Source: the human T2T-CHM13v2.0 reference genome, Homo sapiens
Assembly (NCBI RefSeq): GCF_009914755.1
Contig: NC_060941.1
DNA: 64,000 nt
Direction: 5' to 3' (one strand)
Part shown: in pieces, positions 1 through 15,121 of the stretch
How the letters are laid out: every line of letters starts with the position of its first letter
Position numbering within the stretch: the first letter of the stretch is position 1
Made by a program: the position numbers and the translations under genes
The notes under the pieces: generated by a model
Databases searched by the model: none
What the model was told of the DNA's origin: nothing
The model's input: only the letters and a program-made list of their open reading frames with translations

Positions 1-1577
1 CCGAGTGAGGCTCAAGTGTCCCAACCCAGGGGAGCCCCCGTAGGGTAGAGGGGAGCTCTGGACACCTGTGGGGGCTGCACTGATCGTCTTTCTTGTCTGA
101 GCTCCAAGGCCCCGCTTTAACTCTCTCAAACTCTCTGATGTGCATAGGAGGATTTTCCTTCTGAATCCAAAGATTAGAAAGTAAAAACCAGTTACCAGAA
201 TAATAATATGTCAGAACCTGGAAGAAGCTCTGGGATCCCCTCTCTGACAGAAAACCAGAAATGGGGTGACATGCTCAAGGTGGCACACGCTGACCCTAAG
301 GCTCGCCCAACACCGGCAGCCCATTCCAGCTTCCCCCACTCCCTCTATGCAGGTTCTACCTTGGGGGCTTCCATAGGGTGGCTGAGGGGTCATTGGTGAC
401 AGCCAGGAGGAAACAGGCCTCCTTTCTCCATTCTTCCTCTCGGGAGTCTAGAAAGCAGAGCTGAGCTCTGCAGACCAGAACATAGGCAGCCTCATTCTGG
501 ACTCAGTATCACCAGAGGGCACCCAAGCCCGACCCTGGCCTCTGCTGAGGTGGCCCCTGGCAGCTTCCCTGCCCTCAGCACCCTGCCTCTGCCCACCCTC
601 CCCATTCTGCCTCCCCACTCAGGAAGGGCCCATCAGCCCACCCACTCCAGCCCCTCGGGAAGCTCTTTGCCAAGGCAGGGTGAGATCCTGTGACAGGACC
701 CAGCCCAGGACACAGTCACCCCTGAAGGCTCCTGGGCTCCTGGGGCTGCCACTCCCATCTGGGGGCATTTGGCAACTGGCCTTTGCCTCCCTGAACCTTG
801 GATTTTCCGTGAATGAAGGGGACTCATAAACCTCACAGAGTTTCAGCAAGGCACCTGCAGCCCTCTGACCCCACACTGCAGGGACAGTCCCTGCCTCCGT
901 CACCTCTGAGACTGTCCGTCTACAGATGCCCTGACATGCCTATGCCTGGTTAACTCCGCCTCACCCTTCAGAGCACAGACACCTCCTCGGGAGGCCTTCC
1001 CTGCTGCACCCAGACTCCCAATAACATGAAACACTCCCAAAGCACCTACAGTGTGTCAGGCACTGTTCAAACACTCTAGATACACTACTTCCTTAATCCA
1101 TATCCCAACCCTGGGAGTGGGGGGCTCAAGTATTATTCCCACTTCACAGATATGGAAACTGAGGCCCAGAGACCACCAGCCAGTAAATAGCTGGACCCAG
1201 GGAGGCCAACTCCACAGTACGCACCCTTAACTACCATGCCGGGTAGCATCCTTACTGTCCCAGAAGCATGCTTGCTTCCTCTTTACACAAACCATCCCAC
1301 TCTACACCTCTTCCCCTGAGCGCACAGGACAGGACAGGACAGCTCAGCCAACACTGTCAAACCCATGACTCATGGGAGGAGCATCTCTCCAGGCATGAGT
1401 GAGCTCAGCATGGCACAGCTGTGCCAGGACGACCCCCACTGACATTTCTGCCCTGCTTGTGTTCTCTTTGGGATGCCCCCACCCCTATCTCCTGCCACCC
1501 AGGAGTTGCTTCCTCAGAGCCCCAGAACTGTGTCCCCCTGGCTGAGGCAGCCCTGTGCCCACGGCCCCGGAACTCAC

Positions 1578-1616
1578 TGGGCTCAGATAGGGAGCCTGGC
1601 AACCGCTGAAGGCCAT
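1578..1616 (-). CDS. LGALS9: Galectin-9 paralogue (LGALS9B/LGALS9C type), coding part of exon 1; rest of gene lies left of the window
   Basis: Minus strand reads ATGGCCTTCAGCGGTTGCCAGGCTCCCTATCTGAGCCCA = MAFSGCQAPYLSP (galectin-9 N-terminus), then donor GTGAGT at 1577-1572. 39 nt, phase 0. Too short for the ORF track. Paralogue B versus C not resolved. Confidence 0.93.
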
Positions 1617-1820
1617 CTCTCCACCGCCTCTGTGGCCACCACTGCCTTTGACACCTGCCAGGCAGTCCTTTGCAGAAGGAATGACTTAACAAAGTAATAG
1701 AAACCAAAGCAACTTGGCTGTTATTCAATGGGGAGGAGCCGGCAGCAAGAGGAAGTGGGTCCAGAGAGAGAAAGGTAGGGTGTTGGGTGAACTGGGGTGA
1801 CACTCATAGAGGGAAGTAGG
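1617..1820 (-). promoter_or_regulatory. Galectin-9 5'UTR/proximal promoter with ISRE-like and ETS/PU.1-like motifs
   Basis: Directly upstream of the ATG. GTAATAGAAACC at 1694-1705 is one mismatch from GAAANNGAAA. AGAGGAAGTG at 1748-1757 and GGGAAGT at 1811-1817. Confidence 0.6.
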
Positions 1821-2962
1821 CACTCCCAGCCCCAGTGACCTTTCCCTCCTCCCTCTCCTGTGCTCAACCCAAGCCTGAAGCATATTTGGTTCATAGAGGT
1901 CTACAATGCTTGACCACACTGACATGACAGTGAGTTGCCAGATGACACTGCCCAGAAGTATGTGGCTGTGTGTCCTAAGCATGCTTGGCCACTGGTTCCA
2001 GAAAATAATGGGGCTGGGTATTGCCTGTGCACAGGGTGCTTGTGGGGAAGGGTGGCTTCAACTCATTTTACATATAGAGAAGCTGAGGCTCAGAGTCTGA
2101 GGGACATGCCCCAGGTCACACAGCTAATTCGTGGAAGCCTGAGCTATATGAAGATTCTCAGAATCTTCAAGAAGTATTTCTCCTCTTTAAATTTCTATTC
2201 TTCATGTTAAAACATAATTATGTAGAAGGGTATATTTTGCATGAAAAACACTATAATGAAGATTTTTATTCTAGAGTATGGGGTGCCCAGGAGCTTCTGA
2301 TCCTCCCCCTCAGTGAATCTCTCTTTCTTCTCTTCTCCATCCTTATTTTGTGAGCTTTAGGATGGGGAGAGAAGTCTTGGACATAATAGAACATTTCAAG
2401 TGACATGGGAGTGGGAAGGAACATATGGCATGAACTGCCTTTAATTGGCTTCAGCACCTAGTTAGGGGAAATAATTGGCTGAAACAGAGAATAACAGGAT
2501 AGGCTGCAGAGGGGAGAGGGAGCCATGAAATAAACTTACCTGAAGTTGACCAGGTCCCAACGATGTGCTGGCGAGAAGGCCCAGAACTCAAGCTGGGGAT
2601 GGGCGGGTAAGGACCATACAGGCTCGAGGGGATGGCAGGTGCCCCAGGGCCATACGTAAGTCTGCACCTCTCTTCCTTCCTGTGTTCTGCCTAGATGCAC
2701 TAGAATTTGCAGACGAACTCCTTTGAGATGTTCCCATAGACTGAGGCCGTGTGTGTCGTCTGCACTCACCATCCCATTATGTTCTGGATCAAGTAGAATT
2801 TGACCAAGTTAAGGAGTAGACAGTACAAGGGGAGCAGAAAGGAGAGAAAAGAAGGTAAATTCTTTGCAATCCTCTCGAATACCAGGAATATTTTCATCAC
2901 GTCACGTCATTTGTAGCAATCACCAATTGATTGGGATATGGAACAACTGGAACTATCATTCA

Positions 2963-3351
<389 letters not shown>

Positions 3352-3780
3352 CTACTTCAAAGTTGCTGGCTTTTCTACTTCTGAAAAATTACCCAAGAGA
3401 AAGGAAAACATATTTGTCTGTTTTTAAAAGCTTTACTCGTCATAGCCCCAGGCTGGTAACAATGCAAATAGTCACCAACAGAAGAAGGGAGAAATGAATT
3501 GTGGTTTTCACACTACAGAGTGGCCCTCAGCAATAAAAAGGAGCTAGGCCACAGGAAACGTCAATGAGCCTTGCAACTGAGCGGAAGAAGCCAGATCCAA
3601 ACAGACACATGCTGTGAGAATTCCATTCGAGTCAAGTTGAACAACAGGCTAGAGTGGCGTTACCCTTGGGAGTCACTGACTGGGAGGGGCACGAAGGAGT
3701 CTTCGAGAGGCTGGAAATGTTCTGGATCTGGTTCTGGGTGGTGGTCCCACAGGTGTTTACATCCATTAACAACAGGCTGA

Positions 3781-4193
<413 letters not shown>

Positions 4194-4584
4194 CTAAGAG
4201 TTCCAGCAGTTTAGCACCTTAGCATCACCTTGAGCCTTGGAGGTGAGTCACAGTTAAGCAGCTTCACTAGTGAGTCCAGCCCATAAAGGAGGGCCCTCTG
4301 CTCCATGCCCTGTCTGGAGGGGCCCCAGTAAGGTCATACCCAAAGGCTGACATGTTTTTAGACTAATCAACACAGTAGGGAGGCACTTCGAGGCACAGTG
4401 CCAGGCCACTGAGAGTTCTGACTTCGGCACCCTTCAGTCACCACAATCCATTCCCAGTGGTTAGCTCTGGTCTTCAGGAGACTAGAAGCAGCCCTCGGGA
4501 ATGTTCGTGCTCAGAGCTCTAGTGTTCAAAGTCACAGACCCTTCTCAGAGGCTCTCTCTTCTCTGCCCTATAGACTGAGGGAGT

Positions 4585-5530
<946 letters not shown>

Positions 5531-5544
5531 TATTGGCTCTTGGC

Positions 5545-5830
5545 TAAGATCTTAGCTGAGGCCATTGACTGGAACACCTGCAAGTGGCTTTTCCACATGG
5601 CTTGGGCTTCCCCACAATATGGTGGCTGGAGTCCACGGGTGAGCATTCCCAGCGAGAGCCAGGTGGAACTTACATCCCTTTTATAACCTAGCCTCAGAAG
5701 CCATCCAGTGCCATTTCCACCACATTCTATTTGTTGAGGCAATCACATGAGCACCACCCAGGCTCAAGGGGAGGGGAAAGTGACCTCACCTCTAGACAGG
5801 AGGCAGCAAGAGGTTGAAAGAGCACCTGGG
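5545..5830. mobile_element. MaLR (MLT1-like) LTR fragment
   Basis: Resembles MLT1 consensus (catggcttgggcttcc..caatatggtggctgg); recognised by eye only. Confidence 0.5.
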
Positions 5831-6009
5831 ACCAGGAATATTTGGAAAATTCAATGCCTGCCGCAGACAATAAGTAAGTGCTGGACTCCTCTGGGCACTG
5901 GGGTACAGAGAGAATTGGACATAGTCCCAGCCTTAAGCATCTCATATTCCAAAGGGTAAGATGGATATACAGCTGGGCTACATGGCTTCAAGGAGGAAGT
6001 GCACAGAGA

Positions 6010-6308
6010 TTTTTTTTTTTTTTTTTGAGACAGAGTCTGTCTCTGTCGCCCAGGCTGGAGTGCAATGGCGCCATCTCAGCTCACTGCAAGATCCCCCTCC
6101 AGGGTTCAAGGATTCTCCTGCCTCAGCCTCCTGAGTAGCTGGGATTACAGGCACCCACCACCACACCCGGCTACTTTTTTGTATTTTTAGTACAGACAAG
6201 CTTTCACCATATTGGCCAGGTTGATCTCGAACTTCTGACCTCAGGTGATCCACCCACCTCGGCCTCCCAAAATGCTGGGATTACAGGTGTGAGCCACCGT
6301 GCCCGGCC
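6010..6308 (-). mobile_element. Alu (AluS-like)
   Basis: Poly-T followed by reverse-complement Alu. Confidence 0.95.
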
Positions 6309-8169
6309 AAGATTTTTTGTTAAAGTTAATATAGTTGGTTATGTGCTGGACATCATTCTAGGTGTCTTACAATTAACTTTATGTCAGTTTTATGAAGCAG
6401 GCACAAATAATAATCCCCATTCTACCTGGAAAGAAACAAAAGCACGGAGAGGTGAAGCAACTTGCCCACAGTCACACAGCGGCAAAGTGCCAGAGTGGGG
6501 ACTCAGCCCGGGCAGTCCCGCAATGGAGTCTGTGCTGCTCACCACGGCACCACCCCACCTCTCTTCTCAGATGCCCCCTCATGGGATGGACCTACTTTCA
6601 CGGACCTCAACGTCTTTTCAGGGAACATGGGCCTGAGTGACTGCACTCTGTCCCTAGGGAGTGAGGAGGGTTCTGCCAAGTGGTTTCATTTTGATCACTG
6701 TTTTCTGTGCCTGGGGGGTGGGAAGCCCAGAATGGCACAGCTCAGCTCCTAGTTGTATCAACTCACTCTCATCCAGGGCTGATTCCAGAGGGGTGGCAGG
6801 GAATGAGGGGTGGGGGTTGCTCTGCTGAACAGGAAGGAACACTGAGTCCATTCTCTTTTGTATCTGGGGATCCCCAGAGAAGAATGCAACATGGTATGAA
6901 AGAGTGGAACGCCAGCTTCTAGGGGAGCCCCAGTGTCCAACAAGGGCACACACTTTGGGAGTCAGCCAGGCCTGGCCCCAATTCCAAGCTCCTTCACTTC
7001 CAGGCGGGATGATGCTGTGCAGGCTACTTCACTGCAGTAACCCCCAGTTTTCCCTTCTGTACATGGGGGTGATATTTTCTCACATGACTTCCCTGATGTG
7101 AAATGAGAGAACACATGTAAAGCACCTAGCATGATCCTGCCACGTAGTAGGCAGTCAGTGACCATCTCTCCCTTTGGCCAGGCTTCCTGGCATGTGCCGG
7201 ACCTAGACCCTGTCCCCCAAGGAATCTGACCAACACACGGCAGTGTGGGCTTTCACCTCCCTTGTTTCTACACACTCTACCACCAGTGATGTCACCTAAG
7301 ATTATTTTATTATTTTGGCAGCCATATCCCTCAGTGGTTCTCATCAACTAAAATCCTACAGTTCTTTCCACAGGTAGCAGCTGCTTCTCAGTGTCCTCCC
7401 AGCGGCCATCATAAATGACCTGGCTGCAGTGATAGTTGTGCTGTTACAGAAATATGGAAAATCCCAGGCCACTTCCTGCACACCTCAGGACCTGTTTCCT
7501 TCCACACTAAAGGCTTGCTCAATACCCCAACGAAGGAGAGATGGGTAAGATTCAGAACCCAGGCCTCCCGCACCCTCCCTCTGATGAGCCCTATTCCTGA
7601 GGCATATTGTCCAGCCATTTGCTCAAGGGAGAAAGACAGTAGATGCTCAGTTCCTACTTGGTGATGAGAAGGTGACTGAGAAGGGTGTGTCTACTTCTTC
7701 AGTGCGGCTCTGCCTCCCAGCCTAGAAACTGACTGAAATAACAACCAACAATTTTAAAGGTGGGATGTGGGCGGGAAGTGGAAATCTACATTCACACTGG
7801 AAACTAGAGTGTTGTCACGGGCCGTCCACATGCTGCGAGCATTGAACGTGATGCGTTGCCAGAGCTCACGTGGGCTGGAAAGAAGGCATCACCGGGTCAC
7901 TGCAATCAATGCACAACTTCCCTTCTGGGAATGGACTTAGTGATCCTGGAAGGGAGGTGCAGATCCTGGCTGGATGAGGGCAGCCATCAGGCTTTGAACA
8001 TTCACTTTATGTGCTAAGTGCTTCACACACTTCATTGATTTGGTCATCACCACAAGCCTGCCAAGTAGCAAGATCCCACTTCCCTTATCAACAAGGAGAC
8101 GGAGGTTCCAGGAGGTGCAGGAACCCGTAGCGGGGCTGAGGGCTGACTTGGTGTCCCCCATGGACTCAG

Positions 8170-8352
8170 GGGACTGGGGAAAGGGGAGTTAGTGTTTAAT
8201 GGGAGTTTCATTTGGAGATGAAAAGGTTCTGGAGATGGATGGTGGTGATGGTTGCATAACAGCGTGAATGTACTTAATGCTAGTAATTTGTGCATTTCCA
8301 AATGGTTTAAATGATAACTTTTATATTCTGTACACTTTACCACATAAAAAAG
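8170..8352 (+). mobile_element. Old L1 (L1MB/MC-type) 3' end
   Basis: ttctggagatggatggtggtgatggttgcataacagcgtgaatgtacttaatgc motif. Confidence 0.75.
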
Positions 8353-8645
8353 GTGGGGGGAGGAAGGGAATCACTGCTAGGTTGCTGTGGTAACTCTGCA
8401 AGTGTATATAAAGGTATCAGAAAGAAAAAGCTAAAATACTCACTTACAGTCTCCCATTGTTTTGCTCCAGAATCCACACACCTGCTCTGTCTCTGCAATG
8501 TACATAATTAAAAGAATGCAGGTGCTCGGCCTGACTGAATTGAGCCTGCTTCCCCCTCAACTGCTATTATATTCCAGATGGGATAATGTGGTCAACCCAA
8601 AGTTCTGAGTCTGAAGCCTGCCCTTTTTGTGTTAAAAGTGAGATC

Positions 8646-8820
8646 AGACCCAGGCGTGGTGGTGTGCACTTGTAGTCCCAGCTGCTTGGGAGGCTGGGGC
8701 AGGAGGATCGCTTGAGCTTAGGAGTTCCACACAGTAGCATGCTATGATTATGTCTGTGAATAGCCACTGCAGTCCAGTCTGGGTGACAGAAACAGACCCG
8801 CATCTCTTAAAAAAAAAAAA
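8646..8820 (+). mobile_element. Alu monomer (FAM/FRAM-like)
   Basis: Single monomer with poly-A. Confidence 0.75.
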
Positions 8821-8823
8821 TGT

Positions 8824-9109
8824 GGCCAGACATGGTGGTTCACACCTGTAATCCCAGCACTTTGGGAGGCTGAGGAGGGTGGATCATGAGGTCGGGAGTT
8901 CAAGACCAACCTGGCCAACATAGTGAAACCCCGTCTCTACTAAAAATACAAAAATTAGCCAGGCATGGTGGCAGGCACCTGTAATCCCATCTATTTGGGA
9001 GGCTGAGGTAGGAGAATCACTTGAACCCAGGAGGCGGAGGTTGCAGTGAGCCATTGCACTCCAGCCAGGGCAACAATGCAAGACTCTGTCTCAAAAAAAA
9101 AAAAAAAAA
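8824..9109 (+). mobile_element. Alu (AluS-like)
   Basis: Dimeric Alu with poly-A. Confidence 0.93.
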
Positions 9110-9171
9110 GCAATCAACACCGGTGGAGAGGAGGTACTGGCATCAACCTGAGCCTTTCTCTTTTAAAAAAA

Positions 9172-9320
9172 TTATTTATTTATTTATTTATTTAATTTAT
9201 TTTACAGACAGGGTCACACTATGTTGCGCAGGCTGGTCTCAAACTCCTGGGCTCAAGCGATCCTCCAACCTCAGTGTCCCAAAGTGCTGAGATTACAGGC
9301 TTGAGCCACCGCACCTGGCC
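9172..9320 (-). mobile_element. Alu left monomer (FLAM-like)
   Basis: Reverse-complement left monomer with (TTTA)n tail. Confidence 0.8.
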
Positions 9321-9996
9321 TAGCCTTTCTTCTTGAGGTCATCAGAAGGGTTGAAAGACACTTGAAAATAACATCCTCACTGTGTGATGCCAGGGTATTT
9401 AATCCTGCATCTGTGAAGGTAAAGTGTTCTAGCAGACTAGCAGACAGGGTCCGGTTCTCACTGGGCAGCCCTGTTGAGGAGAGCAGGAACTGCAGGGGCT
9501 GGGGCTGTCCAATGACCAAGAGAAGAACAATTAGGCAGAGCGCACAGAGCTCAGAGCCCTGCATGTGAGCATGTTGTTCCCCACGTTCCCACCCCAACTC
9601 TTGTTGCTTCTCGCTGCACTGTTGGGGGAGACCCCCTTTCTACTGAAGCTCACTGACCCCATGTCAAGCTCCCATCATGGACTCTGGGCCTTGGGGAGAG
9701 CCACCGTGGTCTGTGGCGGGTCAGAGCATGTAACTAGAGCACACAGCGTGTGGCAGCCGAAAGCTGGAGGGTGAACATACAGTTGACACTTCCTGATGCT
9801 GGGCGTAGCAGCTTGGAATCAGCTCCAGATGCCTCCCAGTGACAGTGGAGCTGTCAGAACCTGCAACTTGGTGGCCTGCAGCCAATTCCAGTCTGCAAAC
9901 TTGTTTTGTTTGTCCTATAAACTGTTTTAAAAATGTAAGCCAACTTCTGAAAATTGGGAGATTTCACATAAAATTCCACACTTCTAGCATCTCTTA

Positions 9997-10369
<373 letters not shown>

Positions 10370-10410
10370 TTAATTTTCACAAAGACAGAATTGAATAATG
10401 CAACTTATAA

Positions 10411-10794
<384 letters not shown>

Positions 10795-12487
10795 TGAAGT
10801 GACTCAACAGGACATCTCAAGCCACAGTTCCCGAAGGGATAGCAATGGTGCCGTGAGGGAGGGGTTGTGGTGTCTTCGTTTCTGTCAATGGGGGGAATCT
10901 GCTCTCAGCCCCACACCAGTGGGGGAGCTTCCATCTCTACAAAAGGGAGTGGAATAAAAGAATATGCACATCCCAGAATGGCAGTCCCAGGAGAATTCCT
11001 GAGGAGAAGGCAGAAAAGGCCCAATGAGCAGGAAACAGGGAGAAACAGGAAGCCACAGGGCAACCTCCCCAGAGAGAGGGTCCCACTCCTCTCCTGTCCC
11101 CTCCCCACCCATCTGGGCAGACCTCATCCCATCTCAGCATAAAGCTCCAACAGCTCTGACCACTCCTGCTCACCGTGACCCATTCTCCACACTGTAGCCC
11201 CAGTGGTCTCTCTACCCACGAATGTCTAGTGCCTCCCTCTTCAACCTTCCAGACTCTGTCCTCCTTCATTGTGGATGGAAACCAGGCAGGGCCAGACAGG
11301 GCCAGCTGCGTGGGCCTACGACCTGTGCAGTCACAGAGGGCCCCGGTGCTAAGGGCCCCACACTTGGTTTAATGCTCTGCTATAACTGCCTTGACATCCT
11401 TCATGACACATGACCAAGAGATCCACATTTCCATTTTCGGTGGGCTCTGCAAATATGTAGCCACTTCTGGTACCCAGCCTCACCCACTGGGGATTCATCT
11501 TTAAGTCCAGGCTTCGAGGCTCAGGAATGTAAATGAAGTCACATTTCTGTTTAATAACAAAATTACCAGACTTGAAACTCTCACCTCCTTAATCACAGTC
11601 TTCAGCCAGGCCCTATTCCTGAGGGTGTCTGGGCCTTCTGGGCCTCCCTTTTGGGAGCCAAGTCTGTTGCACAAACCTGCTGGCTTGGCAGTGTGCCTCA
11701 GCCAGCCCAATGGTGCCAGGCTCTGGGCAGCAGACTCAGTGCAGTGCCCAGTCCTCCCCTTGAGCAGGTGGCATCCTACAGTGCCCAGGCCACCTGGCTG
11801 AGGTGGGCTCCAAGTTTCTCTGTAGATTTTCTCTCCTGATAGCTAAGGCCATCAGGCAAGGTCTGACAATTCTTTAGAAGGTTTAGAGAGAAGATTCTCA
11901 TGTTTAGCTAACATGCGCTGAGCAGCTCCTACATGCAAGGCGCTGCTCTAAGCACTTTTAGCGCACATTCCAGGAACCTCACCATCACGCTATGAGGGAA
12001 GTACTGTTCATGACTGCTGCCTAGTTATTACAAGGAAACTGACGTTCAGGAAGATTAACTGCACCTCACTGGCCACTCCTTCTCATCTTCCTGCTGGGTT
12101 TACCTCATTGTCTAACCTCTAAGTGCAGAGGCCCTGGGCAGGCCTCGATTCTCTCCTCCTTTCAGTCCACCTTCTCACCCCTGTTGGTCTTCTGCAACCT
12201 CACTCAGCCACCTAATCTATCAAATGACTCTGAACTCCAGATTCCACCTGCCTCTCAGCATCTCTGCGTGGATTTCTAACAGACAAGCTCAAACTCCGTG
12301 CATCCAGAACAGAGCTCCTGATCCCCCATCCCCAACTTCCTGCTTCTGTAGGCTTCCCCCATCTTAGACACTTGCTTGACCAAAACCACTGGAATCATTC
12401 TTAATTCTTCTCTACCCGAAATCTAATTCATTACCAAATACTGTCAGCTAGACTTTAAAAATATATGCACACACAAAACATTATATG

Positions 12488-12843
12488 CAGATGCTCCTTG
12501 ACTTATGATGGGGTTACATCCCAACAAACCCGTCGTAGGCTGAAAATAGGTTAAAAATGCATCTAATACACAACCTATGAAACATCATAGCTTAGCCTAG
12601 CCTACTTTACACGTGCTCAGAACACATACATTAGCCTACAGTTGAGCAACATCATCTAACACGAAGCTTATTTTATAATAAAGTGGTGACTATCTTACAT
12701 AATTTATGGAATACTTTACTGAAAGTGAAAAACAGAATGGTTTTATGGGTACTTGGCATGATTTCTGCTGCATGTATATGGCTTTCATACCACAGTAAAG
12801 TCAAAAATTGTAGGTTGAACCATTGTAAATCAGGAAATGTCTG
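12488..12843. mobile_element. Tigger-family MITE (MER47/Tigger5-like)
   Basis: Starts CAGATGCTCCTTGACTTATGATGGGGTTAC and ends ...AACCATTGTAAATCAGGAAATGTCTG-TA (degenerate terminal inverted repeats). Confidence 0.7.
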
Positions 12844-12951
12844 TATGTATAGCTCTATAGATAGATAGATCACAATAAAATTGATAAATTAGACTTCTTC
12901 AAAATTCAAAACTTTTGCACTTCCAAAGACATCATTAAGAGAGTGAAAATA

Positions 12952-13260
<309 letters not shown>

Positions 13261-13606
13261 AGACTCCTAGGTATCTGGCCTGGGCAGCAGGGTGGATGGT
13301 AGCACTGTTTACTGAGATGAAGATTAAAACAGGAGCAGATTGGCGGGTGGCTATAAGCCAGAGTTGAGTTTTTGATGTGAGATGCCTATCAGATGAAAGT
13401 GCCAAGGAGGCAGTTATATTCCCAAGTCTGTGCTTAGAGGGAGACCAAGCAGGAGAGAGGACGTGGGAGGGGCACATGAAGATGCTTTACACAGCCAGGA
13501 ACATGGATGGTGTCACAGGAGACAGTGTAGACAGAGAAGAGATGAGGAAGCAGGACCACCCTCATCAGGACTGAGCCTGTGGGATTCCAGTTTCTCTTTA
13601 TGAATA

Positions 13607-13685
13607 TTTTCTTTCTCCTCTCCTCTCCTCTCCTTTCTCTTTCTTTCTTTCTCTTTCTTTCTTTCCTTCCTTCCTTCCTTCCTTC

Positions 13686-13718
<33 letters not shown>

Positions 13719-13739
13719 TTTCCTTCCTTCTTTTTTTTT
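13607..13739. repeat. Polypyrimidine compound microsatellite (TTTC/TTCC/TCTCC)n, expanded Alu tail
   Basis: About 130 nt of pure pyrimidines on the + strand. Confidence 0.9.
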
Positions 13740-14015
13740 GACAAGGTCTTGCTTGTTGCCAAAATTGGAGTGCAGTGGCAAGATCTCGGCTCACTGAAGC
13801 CTTGACTTCCCAGGCTCAAGCGATCCTCCCACCTCAGCCTCCCAAGTAGCTGGGACCACAGGTGCGCAGCACCAGGCCTGACTAATTTCTTATTTTTCGT
13901 AGAGATGGGGTCTTGCTATGTTGCCCAGGCTGCTCTCCAACTCCTAGATCCAAGTGATCTTCCCACCTTGGCCTCCAAAGTGCTAGGATTACAGGCGTGA
14001 GCCACTGTGCTGGGG
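13740..14015 (-). mobile_element. Alu (AluJ-like)
   Basis: Reverse-complement Alu body. Confidence 0.9.
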
Positions 14016-14794
14016 CTTGTAAATATTTATTGAGTGAATGAGACATTCTTCAGCCCTAAGTAAAGTTGATGGCCTCCTAAGCGATTAGATTAGAAACTCC
14101 CACAGTCAGATGTGGGCAGAAGACAAGGAGGCAGCCTCATAGGCTGAGAGGAGCTGCCAGTGAGGACAAAGAAAGCCTGCTGCACTGGGATGAACCCCAC
14201 ACTCCTTGGCAGAGCGTAGGCTACCCTGGGCCATCTGCCTGCCGCCTTCCTCTCCACTCTCATCTCTTCCTGCCATCCTTGTTTCCTTTTTGGGCCAATT
14301 TTAGTATTTTCCCTAATGCATTCTATTGCTTCAGACCTTCACACATGCTGTCCCCTCTCCAGGATTACAAAAGTCACATGAACTCATTATCAGTAAGTCT
14401 AACACAATGGAAACACACGACAGAGTAGAAGCGGGCCAGCACCCCTGCTCTCCATTAGTAAGCATTTGCGCTATGCGTTCGCAGATGTGTTTTCTGCGCA
14501 TATTCTAATGCACTCTCTCTCACACACATGCATGCCAGATTTTCCTCCCTGCCTCCAAAATGGGAAATACCTCCTTTAATGCACGCTTTCTCCTCTTAAT
14601 GCATTACAGACTCTTTCCACATACATAGACAGCACATACTTGCTTATGCTTATATTTCAGTACAAATGTACATACAGTACATTTCAGTACACAGAGAGGT
14701 GCCTTGTTCTTTAAGATACATCTTTACAGTTTGGTTGTATGGATTAATCACAATATATTTAAACAACTGCATTAATGAAGCATTCCCCCATCCC

Positions 14795-15118
14795 TTTCTT
14801 TCTTTCTTTCTTTCTTTTTTTAAACAGGAGTCTTGCTCTGTTGCCCAGGCTGGAGTGCCATGGCATGATATCAACTCACTGTAACCTTCACCTCCCAGGT
14901 TCAAGTGATCCTCCCACCTAAGCCTCCCAAGTAGCTGGGATTACAGGTGCCCTCCACCATGCCTAGATTTTGTGTGTGTGTGCATGTATTTTTTTAATAG
15001 AGATGTATTTTTTTCACCATGTTGGTCAGGCTGGTCTCAAACTCCTGACCTGAACTGATCCACCTGCCTTAGCCTCCCAAAGTGCTAGGATTACAGGTAT
15101 GAGCCACTGTGCCCGGCC
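14795..15118 (-). mobile_element. Alu
   Basis: Reverse-complement Alu with (TG)n in the linker. Confidence 0.9.
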
Positions 15119-15121
15119 ACA

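Noticed and set aside
13434-13819. Lys/Glu/Arg-rich ORFs
   Set aside because: Translation of the (TTTC)n microsatellite and adjacent Alu.
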